64,000 nucleotides of DNA from Lingula anatina (lineage: Eukaryota > Animalia > Brachiopoda): assembly GCA_051362555.1 (NCBI GenBank), contig CM120640.1, forward strand, positions 61,916,788 through 61,980,787, written 5' to 3'. The notes under the pieces were generated by a model that had not been told where the DNA came from, ran no database searches, and saw nothing but the letters and a program-made list of their open reading frames with translations. Both the position numbers and the translations under genes were made by a program. How positions within the stretch are numbered: the stretch's first letter is position 1; every line of letters begins with the position of its first letter. Positions 42,543 through 52,340 of the stretch are shown piece by piece.

Positions 42543-45500
42543 ATGTTTTTGATATTCACCCTGGAAAAACTTATTGAAAATCCTCTTTCAGAAAACTTTG
42601 ATGAAAGTGAATGGAACAAGGTATTTCAACAAGCTGTCCATGATCTACCAGATGGAGCCTTGAAGACAACCTTGGAAACCCACCTTGAAAAATACTTGAC
42701 TCTTTTTAAAAAGTTGGTAAACAGCTATGACATAACTTGACCTATAAAAGAAAATTATGAAATGAGAGTTTAATTATCAGATGTCAATTTTTATCACTAC
42801 TAGCCAGTACGTGTAGTTTACCCTAGGCCTGGAAAGTCCCTTGGGTTCATTGGAATGTAGTATGAAATTGAACAAAGATATGATGCTTATAGAGATATAT
42901 TACTAGCTTTATGCAATAATATTGTTTTTCTTTTTGTTTGTTTGTTTTTATCAGGAAACTCTTTGACGTTCATCCTGATCAGTCAGTTGCTGGAGAGAAG
43001 TCTCAAGAAAAGGGGATATATAATGAGCCAATTGAAAATCTGTATGCCTACAATCTATATCTCCAAAAGGGGCAGGCCCTGAGTGAAGAAAGTATCAGCA
43101 CACTAGATCCTCATGAAAAGAGAAGTCTGTGTAAGTGTTAAAGTAAAGTGGATGCCACTTAAATAAATTAATAACATTCTTAATTTGATTTTTTTTGATG
43201 GCATCCTGATCAGTAGTTATGAAGGATTTGAAGATTCAAAGTAACTTTTAATTCTTCAGCGGCTAAATGGTTGCTGTATCCAAGGGAAGTTATATGTGAA
43301 AGGCAGCCTTTTTCAAACAGTACATTTATAGCATTTTGGCATTTTAAAATATAGTCTTTTTTTTAGATTTAAATTATCTGGCTAAGAAGTTTGATGATGA
43401 AGATGAGACACAGTTATTCAGACTTGTCTCTGAAGCAGGCAAGGTAGGACATATTTGTTGTGATAACACAAAATTGAGTTAAACTGGACATAATGGATAG
43501 AATGATAGTTCTAGAAGTCTTACATATGTACAGCAAGTCTCAGAGACAAGTGTTAACATTAAATAATCGCAACTTAGATTTAAGCACCTACTGTCATTCA
43601 TATTATTCTGAAAAAAATAGCAATTTATTCCAATCTCAGAAAATTTGTTAAGATCATATTGTAATGAGTTTGTTTAATTTTTTTCTCAAGCCTATTGCTT
43701 CTGCAGAAGGAGAGGACAGGTTCCCCTGGCTAGGAAACTTTAGAAAATTATGTCTTGTAACCCTGAACAGGAGTAGTTCTAATCCCCAAACTCTACAAAA
43801 ACTGATGCACATATGCCTAACGTAAGTTATCTTATATATTAAGTTATCTAGTGAGTGAATATTTTATTGAATTTCTATGAATACCAATTAACATCTTGCT
43901 TTACTTATGTGGAAGAAAGGGGTGTTAATCAGATAATCATAAAACAATGTTTGAAATTTACAGATGTAGAAATGAACCAAAGAAGAATGTCATTAATTTG
44001 ATTGGACAATTTTTGTTCATATATGTACTTAGAAAAAGATTTTCTTTTCAGAAAATTAGGAATATCAGTTGCAGAGTGTATTGCAAACAGAAAACACCGA
44101 GGGTAATGGTATTGCATATTAAGCTTTATATGCAAAATAGATTATACAAATTTTAAATATTTGTATTCATAATTATGCAGTAAACTTTGCTTTAGAAGTC
44201 CTTAATTTAGATTGGAAAATTTACTGTTAATGGGCATCCAACACTTGAATGCAATTCTATGTATGATATGATTTTCTTGCAGTGGAAAGTCCTTAAGAAG
44301 AGAAATTTTGAACCTTTTGGTGTTCTTCCATTTCAAAAATAAAGATTTAAATCAGGTAAGACATTTCACAGCAATAATTGCAATTATTTGTGACTTGGTT
44401 TACATGTTTTTTAAAACAAAATTAGAATTCACATATATTTCTGATTAGCATGGCTTGTTTTGTTTCAGTTGTTTTACTTATGTTTTTACTTGTATTGATT
44501 TCAGTGTTTCGATAAGCCCTCCTATGCAGACTTAATGGCTAGCTTATTGAGCTTGTATGTAGACCTCAACTTGGTGTTAAACAGGTACATTAACTGATAT
44601 AATGTGTTGACTGTTACCAAATGAAGAATTTATTATAGATATTTGATGTAATATGTAAGCATTCATATTTAAAAGGTTTTGAAAATGCTTGGTAAAAGAA
44701 TTGTAATATAATAGCATGGTAACATAATGTTTTAGAGAGACTTCAATAAGGTATTGGAATGAATAACTGAAGTAATACTTCAATGATTTTAAGAAGAATT
44801 TAAGATGATGATGCAAAATCAGATTATCTGTGATGATATGAATACCGCCCCAGTCTGAACTGAAATGACTGAATGGTGATATCTGAGCCTGACGATTTCT
44901 ATTATGTGCTGTCTTTTGCTTTCTCCTCTCTCAAAAATGAAAAGGGTGTAAAAGTGCAAATTCATTTTACAGTGTCTGTGCTGTGGTACATTTTTCTCAT
45001 TAGCTTAATTTGTCTTTTCTTTAGGAAAGTGGAGGAGGATTTTGAACTTGGTGAACACATGGCATTTGTTGTGCATTTCTTGTTACCAAATTCACCTGTA
45101 CACTACCTAGATGTTATTCTGCAGTTGGAGGCAGTGGAAGAAATGGATAAAGATGTGATATTACCCCTCTTCAGGTCTGTTTTTTTTTTTTTTTTTTTTT
45201 TACACTCCAGGTTTTCAAGGTGTTGTAAAAGATAGGACTTACAAGAAGTAAATTGATTGTTGCTACCAACAATCAATGCTTTTAAAGATAAGTTTTCAAA
45301 TATATTAAAAAATATTGATATTTTGGGGCTAAAAAAGGTAAGACCCTTATTTTAATTCTAGGAAGATCCTGTCAAGTCCTCCTGCTAAGGAGACATGTGC
45401 ATGGTACTCAAAGTACATGGTGGCTGTTCGCTTTGCCATGAGAAGTCTAGGAGAAGTCAATATACAAGAAATACTGCAGGTACATTTATGCTTGTTTGTG

Positions 45501-48500
45501 TTGTAAAATATATGTGTACTTAACAATACTGGTACAATGTGAAAAGAAATTGAAGAAATTTGCTCATCTTAAGGCTCATCTTGACAAGAGCCCTGTCATT
45601 TTCATAGAGATTTGATGATTTGTGTTGTAGTGTTCAATTAATGTAGATGTATGATTTTATAACCCTCCATTTGGGACACTTTTCAGCATATCTTAATGTG
45701 GTTTTTTAGGTTGCCCAAAGTATACCAGCACCTCCTGACTTCATGGATTGGCTGAGGCAGAACCACGCAGTTGCTGTTGACAGTTTGCCAGAAACTAAAA
45801 AGTTTAAAGGAATCCACATAAGTCGATTTCTGCTGAATCCAGCTGAAGCAGATGAGGAACTGCTGGAAAAGTTATTGGATGTATGTGTCTAGAGGTTGTC
45901 TTCAAGTTTGACTGCACTGATATTTTAGTTGTCTCTTAACTCCATGTGTGCTTTGATATAATGTGTATACTATATTAAAAAGAATTTACATGGTAACAGT
46001 GATAATAGTATATATCTATCATTTGTTTTGCTAAAAGTAAATAAAAGGTTTGTGTGTTTGATGAGAAAAGTTGTATCTGCTGTCACTGTGGTTGTAGTTT
46101 TAACATGATTAACTTGTTAGATGTTTTGCTTCTTTTTATAGATAATGACAGAACAGCATGTCACCGAGAAAGAAAATAATAGCAGTGTAGATGGTGAGAA
46201 TTCAACTTTGCACAAGGATGATCAAGGTGCAACTGCAGACCAGGAGCTCACCTTCTTTGTGGATACTACAGCTGACAAGAAAACTGCTGCAGAAATGCAG
46301 GTATTAAACAGTGTAATGAAATTTGTGGCATTGAAGAGAAATCTATGAGCAAAAACAGAAATGACTAATTTTTTTTATGCAGACTTAGCAAATAATTGAT
46401 GGCTGCACAGATATATGTTGGGATTTAAGATTGTATGGAGTTAAAAAATTACACACCTTTCTACCTGTAAAAATATGAGAATATACCACCCAGTCTGAAC
46501 AAGATGTGATTTAGATTTCACATATTATATAAGATTTGTTTAAAAACAAATATTGATGACTACCAACACAAGATCTTCCAATTATTAGAAATTTGAATAT
46601 TATTATGGTTTGTCTGAAAATCGTTTGATATAAAAATTTAAGTATAAAGTGTCTCACTTTCACTTTGTTATTGTGGTAAGAAATGAGTAAATGATGTAAT
46701 AGTTCATTTTACTAATTTGTAAATTCAGCTGTATTCTAATTTTAACAGAGGGAGTTTCAATCTTCAAATGAAGAGACTGAAGGATTGGATAAAGATGAAA
46801 GTGATTTGGAAGTGATGGAGGTAGATATTAACATTTATTAGTATTTGATAAGTATAAAGTGTCTCACTTTCAGTTTGTTATTATGGTAAGAAATTAGTAG
46901 ATGTAATAATTCATTTTACTAATTTGTAAATTCAGCTGTATTCTAATTTTAACAGAGGCAATTTCAAACTTTAAACGAAGAGACTGAAGGATTGGATAAA
47001 GATGAGAGTGATTTGGAAGTAATGGAGGTAGATATTAACAGTGTGATCCTAAACATGGATTCTGAGTCTGAAGAGGATGTGGTGTTGGTAAGTGTCACTT
47101 TTTGTTATTTGGACAGTTTAAAGCTCTTTCATGGAGGTAATAGATCCGCACTATAAACATAATTAAGAATTCGATACAAGATATTTTGGCTGGAGAAATG
47201 CTGGAGAAAAGTTTTATTTCAAAATAAATGCAGTTTTTTTTTATTATGCATAAGACACAAATAATTCTATGTTTCACTTTAAAACACTTTTGGTTTTCTT
47301 CTCATTTATAAGGTGTGGTGTATAATTTTTAATTTTTGTAGTTATCCCGAAACGGTAGTGAATTTGGAGAAGAAGAAGATGTGGAGTCATTAACCACAAA
47401 AGAAACTGTGAAAGATTTTATTGACACTGGCTTGGAAACTGTACCAGACTCTACCTCGGACATTGAACATACTGCTACTAGACATGTTGCTTCACTCCCA
47501 GATTTATCACAGCATTTGAAAAAGATTGAACATTTACAAGAAAGAGAAGAATCGCCAGAAATTGAGATTCAAGCAGAGATTAAAAGAAATCCAGAAAAAG
47601 CATTGGAGTTATCTCCTAGTCCTATAAAAAGACGGTTAAGACCACATAGTGCCATGAAAGGAACAAGAAAGTCTGAACGTCCCAAAAGAGAAATGACTAA
47701 AGCATTGGTCAGTATGTCTGGTGTGGAAGGTGCTTCTGGCTTACAGGTGTATGATTTTACATCAGATGTGGAGTTGTCACCAGCAAAGCTGAGAAAAACT
47801 GATACCAGTGCTATAACCAGATCATTGCCAGATAGTAAAAATGAAGTATCTAAACTTGACAGAGAGTCCATTTCAAAAAGTGTAACTGCAGTTAGAACTC
47901 TAAGATCAAGAACTATATCTGAATGCTCTGCTGCCAGTTCCAAGGCTGATAATATGGATATCACTATATTGGATTATAGAAATGATTTGCCAAAGCGGCA
48001 TTCCAAAAGAACGAGAACCCCAGTGAAGCCGAAAGAAAAATCAAATGATGAGGTCTCAAAAATGAAAGTGAGTAGAACTCATGAAAACGTGCATTTATCA
48101 TTTAAAAAGACGATATAAATGATTCACTTTGTCAGATTTCATCTTGTGAAATAAGAATAAAATATTTAAAGCACAGTTTCTCTTTAAGTGACAAGAAATT
48201 GTTATCTATAGCCTTCTACGTACTATTAAGTTTGTATTTTATACTGGAGGGCATTTTTAAAGTGGACAGTTTATTCAGTATAGTAATATTTTGGTATTTC
48301 AGGGTTCCAAAGACGTTATTCCTGTAATGGAACAAGTGGATAAATCCGATACTGGACAGCCAAGGTATTTTTTTTTGTCAAAGTGTAGTATCTTTATAAT
48401 GTTTAGGTAGATTTCTGTAACTTTTCTTTTTAACAAGATTTAAACACATTTTATGAGCTCAGGCAACAGTTTTGGCTTGTCAGTTAACTATTTTTCGTAG

Positions 48501-48790
48501 TAACTGATTTTTCTGTACATATAACTAGGGAGAAAACATCGGAGGGCCACAGAAGGAAATCCGGCATTCCACCCGCTTCTCGTAGAAACAGTGCCAGTGA
48601 GTAAATCATGTTGCTTTTCTGAGTACAGAAGTATTTTGATAGATATTAGACGCAAGGTATTTATCAGTATTGAACAATACAATTTTCTCTCATTTAAATC
48701 CGTCTTATCTGTCTGATTTTACTTATTTTTGTTCCAATTCTCATTTCAGAATATGTCCTGCGATCCTCCCAGGTTGATGGCACTGAGTAA
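42543..48790 (+). CDS. Unassigned protein, ~777 aa (801 aa with the optional exon): helical-looking N-terminal half, acidic and disordered Ser/Arg/Lys-rich C-terminal half
   Basis: Frame-consistent exons 42543-42712, 42955-43130, 43367-43443, 43691-43821, 44283-44355, 44505-44584, 45025-45174, 45362-45479, 45710-45880, 46142-46300, (46749-46820), 46956-47087, 47342-48067, 48303-48364, 48529-48596, 48750-48790 (2334 nt without the optional exon). Start codon uncertain; no family recognised. Confidence 0.8.
44826..44890 (+). ncRNA. SNORD31: Box C/D snoRNA, U31/SNORD31 (snR67-type) guide for LSU rRNA P-loop Gm
   Basis: Box C GTGATGA 44830-44836; guide TACCGCCCCAGT; D' CTGA 44855-44858; C' TGACTGA; box D CTGA 44883-44886. 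The guide is antisense to conserved LSU ACTGGGGCGGTA, and the D'+5 rule hits the G equivalent to E. coli Gm2251. Intronic, same strand as host. Confidence 0.92.
46475..46512 (+). pseudogene. Decayed second U31-like snoRNA copy
   Basis: ATGAGAATATACCACCCAGTCTGAAC resembles ATGATATGAATACCGCCCCAGTCTGAAC; box C degenerate, guide mutated, no box D at the expected position. Confidence 0.6.
46640..47040 (+). repeat. Tandem duplication (~207-210 bp period) of an intron 3' end plus exon 5' part
   Basis: AGTATAAAGTGTCTCACTTTCA at 46641 and 46851; shared sequence runs through ATGGAGGTAGATATTAACA. Confidence 0.92.
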
Positions 48791-48817
48791 AGGAAATTGT
48801 GTTGAGATTTCTTCTGG

Positions 48818-48958
48818 CATGGGTGAAAGTTTTCAGAATAATGCCCGATTTCAGGGTTTTCAATCTTCACTTTGATACATGTTTTTCATATGGTCTTTAT
48901 GCAGTGAAAAATTGCAAGCTACGTTTTCAGGATTTTCAGTTTACAACTTTCACCCATG
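48818..48958. mobile_element. Short MITE in the 3' UTR of the unassigned gene
   Basis: 14-bp inverted repeats CATGGGTGAAAGTT / AACTTTCACCCATG with repeated TTTCAG; no clear TSD. Confidence 0.6.
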
Positions 48959-49150
48959 TAATTGCACCATGTCAACGCACTACATCCAAACGTACGAGAT
49001 CAGTGCATGGCATTCAACATAGAATACCCCCCTCTTAATTTTTTTTCTTTTTCTTAGAACACGTTGTTGTAATTTATATTTAAAACATTACTTGTTCGAA
49101 AGCTAATACATTTATATCATTGTAAATATATTTGCTTTATGTTCATTAAG

Positions 49151-49217
49151 TGTGGTGCAGCAGTCACATATATACCTGGTGATATATGTGGTGCAGCAGT
49201 CACATATATCACCAGGT
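49151..49217. repeat. Combined 23-bp direct repeat and 17-bp perfect hairpin
   Basis: TGTGGTGCAGCAGTCACATATAT at 49151 and 49187; ACCTGGTGATATATGTG (49174-49190) pairs with CACATATATCACCAGGT (49201-49217). Confidence 0.9.
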
Positions 49218-49582
49218 GTTTCTTGCCTTCAAATTATTTTACAGAGAAGTATTTATAACCTGTTTGAGTTAGACTCACGGTAGTGTAATAGATTGTTAAC
49301 ATATTGCCAGCTACTTTATCTTTCCAACCATATGAACATCATGCCAAATAGGCGAAGATGAGTCTTCAGCAAACGCATGGATATGAGGTGCCGTAACCAT
49401 GTTTTTAAAACAAATTTTGACCAGTAGCATACAAGATGAGAGAGAGAGATTATAGCCAATAAATTTATTTATCATTAATTCTGACGACCGTACGTATTTG
49501 CCATTAAATGAATTCTGGTTTACGCGTACGAGGGCAGTCTTTCAAGGAATAGTACTTCGAACTACCAATGTCTTGAGAATGA

Positions 49583-51276
49583 TTAAAAATTTGAAACTTG
49601 TTTTCTCACTGCAAACTTGGATTTTTCATGTCTTTTGCACTTAATAAACCAACGATCCCAAGAAACACATTTTTGTTTTTCCTTCAATTCGAAACAATTA
49701 AATGAGTTGAAGAACACGTCTCCAACTGTTTTTGACATTTCGCTGTCGGTTCTCTTCAGGCAGCTTCGGAAAGCATGGACGCATTTACAGCTCGGAAGCG
49801 TATAGTTGTCGTAGTTGTACAACTCGTGTGACCTGCTGTTACCTAAAGTAATATTTAATGTTTATATATTAAATGACAGAAATACTTTAATAACAGAAAT
49901 CTGCCAAATCTGTACTTATTTTCTGTTGTGTGGAAACAATCATTTAGATTTTCTTAAAAGTTCAACACGTACCTGGGATGATATCCTTACAGTTGTGTAG
50001 AGCACGGCAGCATGCGTCCGTCTTTTCATCAGAAAGCTTAGCTTTTGGATCTGGACGCCGCCCGCACCACCTGGTTCCTTGAGAAAAAAGTTAGATTATC
50101 TAAACCAAATGTAATTTTATTTACAATGATTGCTGGATTGTTGTTTACGTCTTGTGCAACTTTGGATTGATGATGTACTGGTGATAACCCCAAAACGGGG
50201 AGGGAACCTTAACCTCTATAGCCGTGAGCTGACCGCTCCCAGAGACTGTTAACGTGGTGTAGTTGTAAAATGGCACTGCACGCAATTACCATACCTTGGA
50301 TTTTCGAGTTCAGCAATTGCCTGGATTTAACTTGCCGTGGAACCGATGATGGGTCATTTAACAATTTTCGTCTCTGTCATCAAAAACAAAATGATACAGT
50401 TAGTTATTTGCGGTTAGGTTTTCGGTAATTTTTTAATCAACTATCGGAATCTGAACTGGCTCAAAGAGGTAGAAGTCCCGTTAACTTCCCCTTATAACAA
50501 TTCATCAAAAATCCAGCTGTTTTTGGACACCATTTTACACTTAAAAAGTTGAAAATTCGCGAAAAGGAGGAAAGTGCCCTTTTCTAGTATTAAATTATTT
50601 CACTATTAAATATACGCATACAAGACTGACTTATGGCTAACGTCTTTGTAATTTCTCTCATGTTAAAAGCAGCTGATGATGACAGTATGGTTTACCATAT
50701 CCCGATGGAATTTATTACATCTTCTCGCCAAGCGCAGAACGTCCATTTCTAACAAGGTCTGATGTTGTAGGGATTGGACGTTTGTCTGGTCAGTCAAACT
50801 CTGTGGAAGTGTTATAAAACTTAACGTTTTAGAAGCAACCGAGGAACAGCACATCTAAGTATGCAGTTCATTTTTATGCCAGTTTTACAGAATATTGTTA
50901 GTTTTCTTAAAATGTTATAAACAGTTGCTTGACAAATATTTGTGGCTTCTTATCAAAATTGCTACATTTCACCTCTGTTTCATCTACATTATGTTATTTA
51001 TGTTATAACCTATGAAGGTGAGCACCGATACGATACCTCAGAAAACAGTATGTTGGCCAAGGTGGTGTTTGCACGCATTACAGTACAGTCTACCAGCTCA
51101 TCTTTGGCAATGAAATACGCTGTTACAGTGTTAGCTCCATTGCTGTATATGCGAACGGTAACCTCGTTATCTTCACTCAAAACGCGCATTAAACTTCTCT
51201 CCGTCTTACAGAAACTTTGAGGGAAGAATACTGCCACGAAGAACGCCACTGAAACAATCTGTTGACTAGGTAACAT
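49583..51276 (-). CDS. Secreted group III phospholipase A2-like protein (262 aa), catalytic residues substituted
   Basis: Exons 51276-51037, 50800-50696, 50373-50295, 50077-49973, 49842-49583 (789 nt, open). Signal-peptide-like N-terminus; GTRWCG, TDACCRALHNC, SCKCVHAFRSCLK, VGDVFFN..CF..CVSWDRWFIKC follow the bee-venom-type PLA2 cysteine pattern. Confidence 0.88.
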
Positions 51277-52340
51277 GTTTAAAGTGCAGAATTACCGGTA
51301 TATAGTTCTACACAAAGACTAAAGATGCACGTGGGACAGGTGTGTCGTTCTCAGCCATACAAGCAACCAGGGTTTGGGTCTTATTATTTGCAGAGAACGA
51401 TAAACCGGTCATTGCGCTATGGCCCAAATCTCCAAGTGCATGTTGTTGCATTACATAGGCTTACATATAACGGGCAATTACTAAAAGATTTTATAAAATC
51501 AATATTATTTCACTATAAGAGCATTTCAGAAGTGGTTCTAAATGGTTAATTCTTTTTTTTTTTTTTTTTTTTTCAGATGTGATGTCGTTTTTTAAGTATT
51601 AAAAAACAATGATGAAAATGCGACCATTGCGTTCTGTAACATTTTAATATTGCCCTTTTTAGGAAGGGATCAAACATATAGGCCTAATGTAAGGGCCTAT
51701 GTGAGATCGTAGTGGAAAACAGGAGCGGATTCAGGATTCTTTGAAGAGGGGTGGCCTGCAGATGCGAAGCCGACTCTAACCCGGGTACCCTACAGGTATG
51801 TGTGCTGATGGTTGAGTCCTACCTTACTCATAGCTCCGTCGACGGGAAAACTGGTTGGCTTACAGGAGCGGACAAGAGATAGGCCTAGTAGCTATATAGC
51901 TATGAGAGGTAAGATGAAAATTAGAGTTTCCACCTCACGGTACATGGAAGTGCAAAATGATTGTCGTTTTACCTTTTGAGGCATTTGTTTTCATGCGTAA
52001 GCACAGTGTACATATTTTTTAAAAGTCAAAAGGAGTGGTGACGCATAAATTTCGTACGTTTCTACAGAATTTTACTATCTACAGGTAGAGAGTGGTCCTA
52101 AACTTTCACTAAATGATATAGTACGTGGTATACTTCTATTATATGTTTTTAGTCTGTAAAACAGATAAAAGAGACTAGCATACAGAAACCATATAGCATG
52201 CAGAAAACGATTTCAATGAAAACACATAGGCCTAAGCATTAAAAGACGTGGTCGCAGCTTGTCTTGATAATACACGCCCATAAAACGTACGCAAGTACTG
52301 CTAGTACACGAAGTTCAGTTCACAACTTTGGCCATTGGGC

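Noticed and set aside
46554-46617. TGATGA ... CTGA spacing resembling another C/D snoRNA
   Set aside because: No recognisable rRNA/snRNA antisense element or terminal stem.
49981-49990. ATATCCTT U12-type donor
   Set aside because: On the strand opposite the PLA2-like gene and inside its coding exon; all assembled introns are GT-AG.
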